From Acanthaster planci (lineage: Eukaryota): a stretch of 64,000 nt of DNA. Positions 1 to 13,100 of this stretch are shown here, piece by piece (the first letter of the stretch is position 1; every line of letters starts with the position of its first letter). The stretch lies in contig NW_019091358.1 in NCBI RefSeq assembly GCF_001949145.1, positions 2,056,240 through 2,120,239 on the forward strand, in the 5' to 3' direction. Under the pieces are notes generated by a model, which saw nothing but the letters and a program-made list of their open reading frames with translations, had not been told where the DNA came from and did not search any database. The position numbers and the translations under genes were made by a program.

Positions 1-1159
1 GCAATAAGGCATTTTTGGAATGTTTTCTATTATTTGTAAGACTCGTCGGCGACCATCATTGGACGCTTTGAAGTGCCTGAGTTACAACTCCTTCTGTGTC
101 CTTCCTTCAAGGTCAGAGGGTGTTGATAGTGATGCAGTCTTTTCCATTCTTTCATGGACAGCGTGACTTCAGAATTATTCGAATTATTCCCCCCTCAACA
201 ATATGCACAAAGAATCTAAATATAAATAAATACATAAAATTATGAAATAACAATTAAAGCAATAATAAAATGACATCTTAATACTTGTATAAAGGCAAGT
301 GCATACCTATATTTGTGTACACCTGTCAACAGCAACTGGACATAAAAAATAGACTTGCCTGAACCCCCTCCGGTAAAATTCCTGGATCTGGCCCTGATTT
401 CCTTAGTAAAGTGCACGACTTGGGGCAATTGCGCCTGTACACCTGCCATAGAGTTATACGTATTTATTTTTATTTGTTGATTTTTCTGTTTCTGTTTCCT
501 TTTATTAATTCATATGCATTGAAATAAAGGTGTGAACTATCCTTTAAGCACAGACTCGACTAGTATGGCGACGAAGAAAGGTTATCATGATGAAGGTACA
601 CATGACGGTGTTCTTGCTGGCTCTGCAATATACCTTTTAAAGTTTATTTTACATTGTGTCCTTCTGTATCTACCGTTGGTACCTATTGTAACTCATTTTC
701 AATTTTCATTTTGTCGCTGTTCAGGGCATTTTAATATTTTCCTTGTTTTTGTACCACAGGTATAGCAACACATTTGCATATTCATAATCAAAAGTGTAAT
801 GCCAATCAGGGAAAAACTATTTCAGCATTAAGACTTACCAAAATGTTTTATATTTTCCCCTTTCAGCTTGTTTTGGTGAGTCATTGTTTTGGTACAATTA
901 TTCCAGTAGACTAGTCTGCAATTTTTCTTTTACAAATGTTTTCAGTAGGCAATATTTTGTGTTCAAAATTTAAACAGAAAGATTGATATTCCTTCAGTGA
1001 CATCAATATCAGCGCGCCGATTTTCCAGGAGAACCTGAGAAAACGAACAGTGTGTGTTTCAACGCGACAAATCAAAAGTATATTCAAAATAGTACATGTA
1101 CACGAAATCACATATTATAGGATGGGCGCAGAAAGGAGCACGAAATACGTTCCCCGAGT

Positions 1160-1184
1160 AAAATTCATAACATGGGCCCTTTAA
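1160..1184. mobile_element. Possible TTAA-targeting (Kolobok-like) transposon end
   Basis: ...CATAACATGGGCCCT|TTAA. A second CCT|TTAA-type end (GTGAACTATCCTTTAA) lies at 532-547. No partner termini were found. Confidence 0.3.
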
Positions 1185-4100
1185 CATCTCCCCATTAATT
1201 TCTTCCCAGAATAAAGACCATTACTTCAACCAGAATCATTCTACAGATTTCCATGAATGGCGAAAACGTTCATTTTAAAAGAATTCAACCACGGGCCTAG
1301 GTTTACACCCTCTCCCCACAGAAAAAAAAGTAGGCCTATGCAGGTCTACCCACAGGACAACCCGTCAACGCAATTAGGCCCAGGAACTACGGCATTGATT
1401 TTCTATTCAATTTGAGCGAAGGGAGAAGCCAAGAAATTACAAAAGGGGGGCCTTAACGAAATTACTCGTGTAGATGGCGCGGTGTGCCTCGATATTCACC
1501 TCGTCATTGCTTACAACGCGCCCGTCGCAGGTTGCGCCCTGTACTCTCCGGCAGAGATCCGGCGCTTCCCCCCGTCTTGTAATCACCACCAGTTTGTACT
1601 TGCATTATTCCGTCGGCTCCTTTTACAACAATCGATGCAGTTTATCCAGTGTAGACTTGAGAACAACCGCAAATAAAAAGAGGGAATGCGGTCAGCAATT
1701 GCATTTGAATAAACCTATTACGGACTAGCGATGTGATACACGTCAAGATGGCGAAGAAAACACACAAGAAAAGGGTAGAAAACGATTTGCATAAAAAGCG
1801 GTAAGCGCTGTCATTTGCATATCGAGATTCAATAACCTATAAGTAAAGGACAAGCCATTAAAATATTAGATCGACATTCAGTGAAGCTCTTATTAAAACA
1901 CACATCACACATGGTGAGCAATATTGCTAGTAGGAGTACGTTCTCGTTTCTCTGTGTATAGACACTGGTTTCATTTTTTTTTCTTGCAGTGACTTGATTT
2001 CAATGCTGCAAATAGTATTGATATTAAAATACTACTAGGAAAAAGAACAGAAATCACCCCAAGAATAACTGCGAGGCTAGCTGTAGTTTAATTCGCAATC
2101 AGTTTTAAATTTCAGTGCTGACACAACCCCCGGCATGCACATGCGTGCGTGACGTATAACAATCGGGACATCGTGCTTTCGTTCAGCAGATTTGGCAAAC
2201 TGATTATACTGCAATGGAAATAAACATAACAGTTTGAAACGCGGTATATCGTAAATCGAATTTATCTTGAACATTTCGATCACAAACGTCCAGTATTTGT
2301 CTGTGGTTTACATTGATCATCGAGTAAAGAAGAAAGCATCGCAGACAAGTCTTAGTACCTAACGTAACGAGTGTATCTATACAATAGGATATTAAGCCTT
2401 ACTAGTTGGCCTTGACAGAAGCCCCAATTCAGTACCGAAGATTAACATCTGAAATCGAATACCTGCTCTGTGGTGCTGTGTCCTTCATAAAAATTAATTC
2501 CCCTGGAAGGCATATTTGTAACAACCCCTTCCTACCTACTCCTGTTTGCGCCACCATCTCGGTCATGTTTCATTTGACAAACTTTTAATTTTAGGCGGTC
2601 CAGAAGCAATCAACAGCCGTCATACCTTATTTCCCTGAGTCTGAGCTTTCCAAAGTTTAGGTCGCACTGCACTGAACGTAGTGCTTAATTTGAGCTTTTT
2701 GTTTTGTGTCCCCCAGGTCTCATAATTGGAATTGCGGCCATACAGGTCACTGAACACCAGAAAGAGAGATAGGGAGAGGGGGAAGTGGGAGAGATGGGGA
2801 GGGGGAGTGTGTGATAATTGAAAAACAAACCCACAGGTTTGATTTCAGAAACCTTTTGACCAAGAGCGAGACTATTTCAAAGGTAGTGTGTATAAAAAGT
2901 GCTTACTTATAGTTCATTTAAGCGAAATCAAAGCTCAGTCCTAAGCAGCTTGCAAGCCAATGTCCCTCCCATCCCATGACCTGTTCCCCACTCATCTCAA
3001 CTGGCCATGCCTTTGAACTAGCCACAGGTGACAAGTGGCATGTCTGATGGAAATGACAGCTAGTGGCGACTTGTGGCCAGACGGTACACACCTGGGTGAT
3101 GTGAAACGTAATAACCCCAAAATGTACAAGGCCAAATATCATGTCTTCATCAAAAACGTACTCTCCATTTCTTGCCAGCTATATTTTTCATAAAATAAGC
3201 CCTTGCTGTCTGACTTCCAGGCACATTCTGGACGCACAAATTCGATAGGTCTCCATCCACATGAGAGGACTTCACTTCAGCCGAGTGCAACCACCAGTAA
3301 TACCACCCAGTTGGCTGTCGTGAGTACAGTGACCAGTGTATTTCTGACAGGCCCCGCGGGTAACTCGCCATGCCATGAGCAACGGGCTAGGAATAGAGGC
3401 CAGCCTCTCGATCCCATCTTTGCTTTCCCTCTTTAACAGTCTTGGAAGAAGCCAGTGACAGCCCCCTCCTTCGCCAACGCCAGTAGGCAAGGTGGCCTAC
3501 CCGTGACATGTGCAAGGGCATCCGAATTAACCGAGCAGTCCGAAGGTGGGCAGTCTAATACAGAGAAGGAATCCAGAAGGCATTTTTTTCTAGGCTAACG
3601 GCAAGGGTAGTTAATGTTTTTATTGTTTTTATGTTGTAGGAAACTGGGTCAAACAGAGCCTGGGAGCAAGTATTGTGCAATGAAAATCAGTTCGCAGAAC
3701 CTGACTTGTCTATCTGTTGGCCACAACAGTTTGCAAGGCCAAGTTTCTTTTACTCGTAGAGTGGCAGTGGATCATCTCTTTTATTCTGGAAGAAAAATAT
3801 TTAAGGAACTACAGATCGGTGTAGTTGAGGATGTACACATGTACTTGTAGCTACTAATGCGATGCAGTACACGTAGTCACCTTTATTACACATGTGCTCG
3901 GATGTATAATTTTGAAAAAAAAATAGTACTATTACTGTTTTCCACATGTATTCCATAACGTATAGTATGAAAAATAAACCTGAACCTGGAATTTTACTGT
4001 CAGATTTTTTTCTTTTTCCTTCATCATTATGGAGATTTCACGCAGCTATAGATGACAGTGACTCGCTGTGCAATTTTCGGCTATGTCAACGGGGGAAGGG

Positions 4101-6027
4101 GTGATATGAGGAACAAAAGGATACATAGCTGTATTTTGCTATGGCAAACTTACATGTGCGACCAATCTAGAATATATTATATATTATATCTAGAATTAGA
4201 ATGTTTGGTTTATCCATAGCCAGTCAATTTTACTACTAAGCACTATTTCGCTGTGGATTTGCGCGAATTTGTGAGAAAATCTAGCAAAATCTCATACTGG
4301 ACGCAAACAACCTCCAGTCGGTTCAGTCGTCTTTGCTACTCCTCCATCAACGTTGTCGAGAGTCAGATGTTAGGGCCAAAGTCAGCATGGCATTGGATAG
4401 CTTTGACCATTGAAACTAGAACTTTACATTTTTGAAAGAGTTTACATAGTAAGATTCATATTCAACAGAATGTTTTAAACACGGTTTTGGTGTAATGTAG
4501 CTGATTTAACAAATCACAGCTCCTACGATAGACAAGGATTTTTACTGCAAACTGCCAACTCTTGAAAAGTAGAAACACTACAATATAAGCGTTATAAGTT
4601 AAATATACGCTCTGGTTTTTCTCTGTCATTAAATCCATTTTAGACCTAAAATTTGGGAAGGAAATTAAATAACGTTTTCAAAGCTGACCCTTTCTAACAG
4701 AAATACAAACTAAGAAAGAAAAAAAAAGGAAAAAATAAACGTTCCATCCTCGGATACCCTTCGTATGGTATTTGCAAACCAGCCAGACCAATTATGACCC
4801 CCCCCCCCTTTTTGAAACCATGATCATACTACATAATTCCGCTTAAGTTATAATGTATTTTCTGGAGTAGATTATTGCATTACCAGAAGGTTATGTGGAA
4901 TATTTTTTACGGTTTATTATTAGCCAGGAATGACAATGTTGCTTGCTTGCTTATAGATTCTTTGAAAATAAAATTCTAAAATTTATACAAGCTAATTACA
5001 GTTTAACGTCGACTTTAAGATGAAAAACAGATATTTAAAAGTGTCATTTAAGTTTAACAAAATGATAACCTCAATTTTTCACGGTTTCAGGATTGTCGAT
5101 ATTTGTAAATAGGTTTGTTTGAACCTCACGCTCTTAAACTGGCGTATGTTATAAGTAACAAATACTGCTTACTTTTAAAGCTTGAGCAACCCAAATGACT
5201 CTAGCACATACAGTTTAACGACAAGCCTGAACGGCGCCCTCACTGGGAAGGGGTTCTGTAATGCGCTCATAACCATTCAAACTCCACTGAGGAGTAACAG
5301 GCAGATCACTTATTTCCACTGTAAACAATACAAACATTTGTATCACAAAATTAGTACAGATCTTACTTGACTTTGCACCGCGACTTTTGTAACACAATTC
5401 CTCATCAGTAGCCACTGGTCTCGTTTTACCCAGAAACTTAATCAAACGATCGGCTTGCTTTCTTTGAATTATTCAGCTTGATGCTTGATTAGTCGGAGGC
5501 ACCAACCGAGAGTCTTTCTCCAGATCTGTTAATTACAACCAGTAAATTGTGAGTCTTGCAGCTTCTCGAGTGACAACGGGCATTGGCGGACTTTTTATGG
5601 AGGGCAGCGTAGTAAGTGACCTTGTCGTCAGGGTACCCTGACTGTAAATTACCGTAGTCGCGTGTGTCATCACACCTGGCCGTTACTATTCACGAAACCT
5701 CGAAAATGTCAACATTTCTAGGGGCAAGCACGATAAGTATGTGGAAGTACACAATCCCCTAACATTGTGTCATTAACTTAGAAGGGGTATGCTTGTATGG
5801 AATGTCGCTTTCCAGGCTGAGTATATCTCCGTGCATTGTCATTGTATTTCCACAAAAAAGTCTATCAATTGTATTTCACTGGTCGGCACTGGTCAGACGA
5901 AGGTTAGCCTAATTGGGATGAACATCCAGCCACCACTCCTAATCCCAAGCGGCACACAATACATGACTTGACACTTATGCTCGGAGGGAGAAATAATCAT
6001 TTTCTCCAGTCTAATAAACAATAACAC

Positions 6028-6062
6028 TAAAACAAACAAACAAACAAACAAAAAAACAAAAA
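6028..6062. repeat. (AAAC)n microsatellite
   Basis: aaaacaaacaaacaaacaaacaaaaaaacaaaaa. Confidence 0.8.
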
Positions 6063-9000
6063 TGTACTTGCTGACAGTTATGGAAGTCAGTTGTGGACCG
6101 CAAAAAAAAACTGATATCAACAAATATTATGAAAGCAAAACACAGATTAAGTTATTGTCTATTGATGATGTGCCTTGTGACATATCATCCAAGCGATGTT
6201 CGTGTATTCTATTTGGGAGAAACACTTAGCCTCTTGTCTGAACGCTGCAGTCATCATGTACTAACGCTACACCAAAAATAACAATGTTATGTTATCATTA
6301 ATTTTATCGGTGGTTCCTCCGACAAACATGAATCTGGTATGCCTTGCACATTTGAAATAGATACCACTTAACCAAAAACAAGTTTCCAAACTGGTACGAG
6401 ATCTTTATGGTCATATGCACCTGTCGACAAACTAGTCTGCGTGGAGTAGAAAGAAATTAGCTATATAGTTAGCTAACTAACACTTGGTACAAACAGGCCA
6501 TTCTGTCCGACATTCCGCATTAATATAAAGGTTGGCCAGACGTACGCAAGGGACAAGTCAATTTACAGTAGATGAGAAGTTTAGGCACCAGGCAATTCTA
6601 CAGTCAGGATGTTATGGTCAGATGAGCCTTGGAACACATGATATTTAGCAATAGAAATTCAATTTATATACGTTTAAATAACTCTGTTATATGACAGAAA
6701 TCTTCCACGTATTTTAACACAGCTTACTTTGCCATTGGCACGAACAAAAAACGTTCAGTGAAAACCACCCTTTCAACAGAGAACATGACCATAATTTCCT
6801 CCATAAGATTAGCCTAATAAGTTTGGTTTAAACCGAAAAGGCTACTTTGTGTAAACAAAATAGAAAGAAGAGAGAAAAACAGAAAAAAGAAAGCATTGCT
6901 TTCATCAGCCAAACGGAGTTTATAAGTATACAATACCAAAACACAAGCCTGGAGAGCAGCATGAGGAAAAGACATCAGAGTCAGCGCGATACTTCAATGT
7001 CGAATGCTCCCTAATCTAGCGGCAAATGGTTTTGACACTGTATATGACGTGCTTGAAAAAAAAAATCATTTTGTCATGTCATATGACACGGTACTGCTTT
7101 TCTATTTTGTTCCATAATTGCCGCGCATCTGGAGAATAGATTGCAAGCGCTTTGTGGCAACCTTTAAGCACAAATGAAAGCAGAGGTTCTGAACGTAAAA
7201 AAAAAAGAAAACTTTCGGTAAATTCAAGGGTGACTTCAAAGAGTCAGGTCTGCGACTTCCTCACCTTCCACAACCAATGGCCTGGGGCGAATCGGAGATT
7301 GGCTTGGTGAATATTCACCTGGGTTTTGTGTAGCTTCATGCACTGATGTATTCTGCATACTCTCTTAGGAGCTGGAGCTCCTATCATAGGCATTTTAAAA
7401 CAGAGTAATCTTGGTCTTTTCACTGGGTGCTGACAAAACTATTCTGACACAGAATACTCGCCAAAATCTTCTTGGAAATGAACAGCCAACTGGATCTCCC
7501 TTTGTTCGTGAAAATCAAAATATTGAAACGGCTTAAAAGTAAATGATACGAGGTGACTGGTGTTACATGAACGTTAGTCCGTATACTCGTGGTATATATT
7601 TGCTTTTGTAAAAGTTGCTTGACAACACAAGCAAAATGTTAGGTTTAACCCGAGTAAAAACGACAAAAGCATCAATGGTGTTGCTTGATCTGCACGGACA
7701 TATTGGGAGGATGTATTTTGGTCCAATAAACATTTTTCGGTTATGTTCTGTTAAAATTAAAAAAAGATACAAATACTTATAAAAAATCAACATTACACCT
7801 GCTGTAATGTGCACTTTTTTCCCCAGAAAAACAGGAACAGGTTTAGAAAAGTTCCAGTCTTAAATATGTGGTATTTTGTCCCTGTCATTGCCTCTCATGT
7901 CAGGTTTTTTTTCCAATCGTTTCCAGAGCGATATAAATATGATACATTTATGTTAACTTACACAGGACTCCACTTAAATTTCAGGCTTTAATTAGGTTGG
8001 TTAACCTTGTAATTCAGGCATTCCTCCCTGACCGTCCAGAATCCTCCAGAACTCTCGAAACCTTCCTGGAGTTTTTGCTCAAGATCGACTGGAGGAGGGG
8101 AGGTTGAGGTGTTTAATTTTAACCCAAGAATTTCTATCCCAACGTTTTGTTTTCCATAAATCAGTTTTATCCCGATGCTTATCCATTGATGTGGAGCTAT
8201 TTATCAGTGTCGACCCCAACCCCGGCACGTTGCAAAATACAACTTCTTCTCTTGCAAATCAAAACAAAATCCTCCAGTATATGAGCGATGAGCCTGTATG
8301 CTTTACGATCAATTCCAATCCCAGTCTCCTAATTATCGGACAGAAGATAAGGTTTCAACTCCCTAGATCGTCTCCCAGCGTTGAGTTGTGTCCTCATCAA
8401 GCCCAGTTGCTCCCTCAGTAGGTAGGAAAAGATGGGGTGGTCATTTCGGCGACCGTTTACCTAACCTAGAGTGATAATTCTAATACTGAAGAGAATTTGT
8501 TTTTTACCTTATGAATTAGATTGTGTGTTGCACCATTTTTTTCCTTTTACTAATTGCTTTGCCCCCAACAATAGCCGTGTTAAAGTGGAGTGCCCAAATG
8601 TACGTATTGTGCCTTTATTAAAAGCAATGTTTTACTTTTCATTTTTTTTAGCATTTTCATCTTGAGGTTGGAGTCATTCATACTGTCATTAAAGTGATAA
8701 TCCTTGTCGATGTGCTATAGGCTCAGTTGTGCTTACCTTGACAACTTTGTGTGGCTCTGACAACAAAACATAATTCTGATTACATGACAGTTGTAAACGC
8801 TTGTTTTGTTTTTCCTTTTTAAAGTTTTCTACCGTGATCTCTTCACAATTTATAGAAATTGTATGAAGTGCATAAACATAAAACATGCTCTATTTTTTCT
8901 AGCAGAATTTTGCAGAGTGAGGATAGTTTCAGTGTGCTACACAGACCTAAAGAAATCAGCTGATGCTCTCAAATAACTTTGGAAAGATGCCCCATATTGG

Positions 9001-9982
9001 CGTTGCTGTTGACAACCACTCGCTATACCATCCTGGCCATCAATACTTAATCACTTGTGAATAACGGTACAGGGTTTCATCGCCTGTTTGATCCGGGGTG
9101 CAAAATCAGCTCTGTGGTTCTCTCTGATCAAAACATGTTGTGGAAAACGTGGGCAGAACGACACGCTGCTAGGCGGACAAGGGGTCCATAAAAGTGTTTT
9201 GCAGTCCACGGTTCAAAGCGAGAAAGAGACAAGCAAATATCAGTAGGCGGCTTAGGAATTTTTTTTTAACTCGTTTCCGTTCCGGTAAAAAACAAACATC
9301 CAGTGGGACGACCATTTGAATTTTGCATGAAACGTGCATTTGGGGAATTGAGAAGGGATTCTATACCGGTTAAAATCTGATCTGGTTTCCTTAACAACTG
9401 AAAGTGCAGTGAACTAATTAAAAGTAGAACAGGTATGTACAACACACTTGCACCATTAACTGCGTGGACGAAATATGCAAAATGAGTCCTGCGTAAAAGT
9501 GTTTGAAACTTCCTTTATACCACCAAGCATGCATTCTACGAAAAGTCTGTGAGGCTTGATGAACACATAGCTCTGGCCAGAGATATACTGATAAAGGACA
9601 TGAAATATGCAAATCAGGCACATTACTACCACTAGTTGGCGAGTTGCTTAAATCTATGACGTAATAATACAAATCTCCATGCGCAGGCAACTATGAGCAC
9701 GTAGGCTACACGCCGTTTCTGTACTAGTATAGTTTGGCATTAAGTGCCGAACGTACTAAAAGACAAGGAATTGTTATTTTCCAACCTCAGGACACTGAAA
9801 ACTTTACTTAGTTTCGAGAAAAGCGCGCTAAAGTATCGGACCAAGGCTGTAATACGGTTTTGATTGACCTTCATCGGGCTACACTGTCAAAAGTGTTGAC
9901 GGCCACGCTTGGGAAAGGTCCATTCAATACTGCGGGCTCAACTCGAGTCCCAACTGCCAACTGACGTGTGTGAACGGTATAC

Positions 9983-10180
9983 ATGAAGTTTTACATCTTG
10001 TATAATGTACAGGATGGAGAAGTGCTGAATCCCGGCCCGCGTCTGCCTCTTGCGCTTCATCTGCATGGTTTTCAAATAAGTTACTCGGATTGACTCGAGC
10101 ATATACTGTTGAACTGACCTCCGTGACCTGTGGTTGGAATCGAATCTGGTCACTTCCCTACATCGAGGAGTTCCAAGCAC
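9983..10180 (+). mobile_element. Possible relic of a CR1/L2-type LINE ORF2 start (2A-like motif plus APE endonuclease N-terminus)
   Basis: The frame from 9983 reads ...DGEVLNPGP...D*LEHILLN*PP*PVVGIES. This resembles GDVELNPGP followed by the APE motif EL..LL....PDIV.GTESW. Confidence 0.35.
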
Positions 10181-13100
10181 TTGGGGTTAATAAAGAAATA
10201 ATGCACCATCCTTGTGCATCCGCAATCCAACCCAACCCAACCCAAACTATCCACCTCCCAGACATCATCATTCCCAGCCTCCGTTGGTCTCTTGAGAAAA
10301 TTTGTGTGCCTGAGACGTCTGCGGTGCCAAAGGTTTGATCTCCATTGGAAGCAAAATGGCGTTATGTGGAGCTTCTTTGACAGGGCACCTCAAACCAGGA
10401 TAATAAGCGGCAGCAGCTTCCCGGCTGTGAGTGCGTAAAGATGCTGATCGTACATCCAAAAACATTCTTACACCTGAGGTTGGGACAATTTGTAAAACGT
10501 GAACCATACTCAAACTGACCCAACAGGACCTATTTTTTTTTGGGGGGTACATGTCTAGAGATCCTGCACACCTTGCCAAGCCATGCTGGCAGATCACACG
10601 AAACATAAACAAAACATTTGTTCCTCTGGGACACATACGTTAGTAGAAAGAGTTCAGATAAGACCACGGACTCTGTAGCTACATGTTTAAACTTCAAAAG
10701 GAGCACAGGATTACGAAATCATAACTGCACTTTTCATTATAAGCATTGCTAAAACAACTTTTGTATAGACAATTACCGGCTAATTTCAGCATAACACGCA
10801 TTCAAATTTGTGCAGTCTGTTAATAATGGGGCTTCCTTCTCCCTATCATCATGTTTAATTTCAGTTTCGCGCACACACATTTTTTACCTTACCATTCAGG
10901 CTTGTGTTTCTATTTCGCTTATGGGCTATCAAAACCACATTTTCACCGTTCTGAAGTTTTAACCCCACCTGCCTTTTTTTAAACTTTGGACTAATCAAAT
11001 TTGAAAGTAATCGAACAGTACAGGATCTTTTATCGGCGCGTGCTTTTCTTTTTGTGTCAATGGAATATCTATTCCACACTCTGAGTGTTCAATTTAGATG
11101 TTATATATTGATTGTTGGAGTTGCTTCAGTCATATCGGATTACACTGTAAGTTGTTCTGCACGGTATTCAAGTTCTATAATTTGATGTGAATAAATCCTT
11201 TTGTATCGATCTTTGGTTTGTGTCTACGCCTGTCTCTTGAGTACAAGGAAATCAATTTAAGTTTTGTTTTCACCCTTTATTGTAAATACAGAACAATAGC
11301 CTAAATATGTATAGAATTATCCAGGCCATTTTAAATTAAAACTTACTAAAAACATATTAAAATACACTACGGTCATTATTAAAACATGAAAAGAAGTCAG
11401 CAAATACGAGTCAGAATGTGTTTAAACAGCACAAAAAGAATTTGAATTCACATATGCAAGAAATGTTCGCCATTGATTACATTGAATTCTCGATGAACCC
11501 TTAAGGCCATTGACAAATTCGAATGAACGGAACAACTGTTCGAATTATGGTGAACGTATATCTTAACTAAAAATGATCACGACATCGAATGACCTCTTTT
11601 GGTTTTCGAATGCTCCATGAAAGAAAATTCATGTAAAACTATTTTAAATAGGTTTCATGTTAAATTGAACAACGTTTGCTGAAATTAGCCCAGAAAAAAT
11701 ATTATTCTGGTTCAAATAATGATTTCTGTTTAATTAAACTATACAGGCACGCGTTGCTAATAAGCCACCCCGGCAGATTAAACTAGAAAACTTGCAACAA
11801 AAGAATTGAACTTTTTTCAGGATATTAATAAACTTTCACATGCAAAACCTCGTAAGAAATTGATCCAGTATTTCCAATAGATCATTTTAAGAAATGCCGG
11901 GGCGGGAAACAAAATGGAGAAGAAACCCTAACCTAAGGTGAAAATGTTTATTTCTAAAATAATGAAAAACTAGCAGAACAGCAGGAAATAAGGTTCTCAA
12001 GTTGGGTGTCCATTTGATGTCGCTAAAAGAGGAATGATTTTGTCGACAGAACACATGGCCTGGCTCCTCAGCAAAAATCATTAAAAACAATTTTCTTGCC
12101 TTGAACCAAACGGTCTTAATGTTTCATCAAAGGTTTAGTTGCATTGAAATCACTCAATAGAGGGGGATATCTTTTCGGTCATTTTAAAGTTAGCCTCTTC
12201 CGATAGGAGGATTAGTTTTTTAGCAGCGACGTGCAGTGCCATCGGCATGATCAGTGGCTTATCCGGGGAAATATTACAATCTTTGTTTTTCGGATTGTAC
12301 ATTATCATGCTGTTCATTTTACCCTCGGCTGGCCCTACTCAGCAACAGTTGTAGTTGGCGATATGCAAGTCCATCTAGCTTGCTTGGCTCTTGGGTATTG
12401 GCATTGTGTTAAATTAAAACATACTGCTACGCTTGTACTCTTAAAAGGGGGTTAAAATTATAGTTCTACAGGGTTTTACCTCATCTTGAGGAAGAAAATT
12501 TTCCTCTAAGATATGAGATGTTCAGCTACATGTATACAAGCAATAAAACGAGGATGACGTCGAAAATAAAGTGAACATTTTGTAAGTAGTGCCGACATTT
12601 AAATAAACTGAAAAACATGAAACAAAAGGAATAATATTTTGAGTTGAGAGAAAATGGAAAGTTCTCGTCATTGCAGAATAATAGAAGTCATGGGGAACAC
12701 TTGAATCCCGGATACGTAAATGATGCATCTTGGCGGAAGGGCTTGTCTTTTAGCCCTGCTCCCGTCGTCAAAGGCCTTACCGTTTGAGACATCCGTGTCT
12801 CCGCTTAGTCTGTGACAAGCCATTCAATTGAACACCGGAGAGTTGTTTCCCGCTTCCAGCTTCACATTCAAATAACCCAACTGCTCCGATAAATCGGCCG
12901 TGAATACGCAGGCACACAAAAGTCGGCCTCAAACAGCTCAGACGTATCCATCCCGGCGCTTAAAATTACTTTGTTCTAATGAAAACATTTTTTCGGGGGT
13001 GAAAACTGTGTCGGCCTGGCGTCAACCAGTTCTCAGCAAAGTGTTGTCTTCCTGACGATACGCCTAGATAAAATTATCAATACATCATTACAGGATCCCC

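Noticed and set aside
10818..11295. Possible solo LTR (TGTT...AATAAA...GAACA)
   Set aside because: No matching TSD, primer-binding site or second LTR was found.
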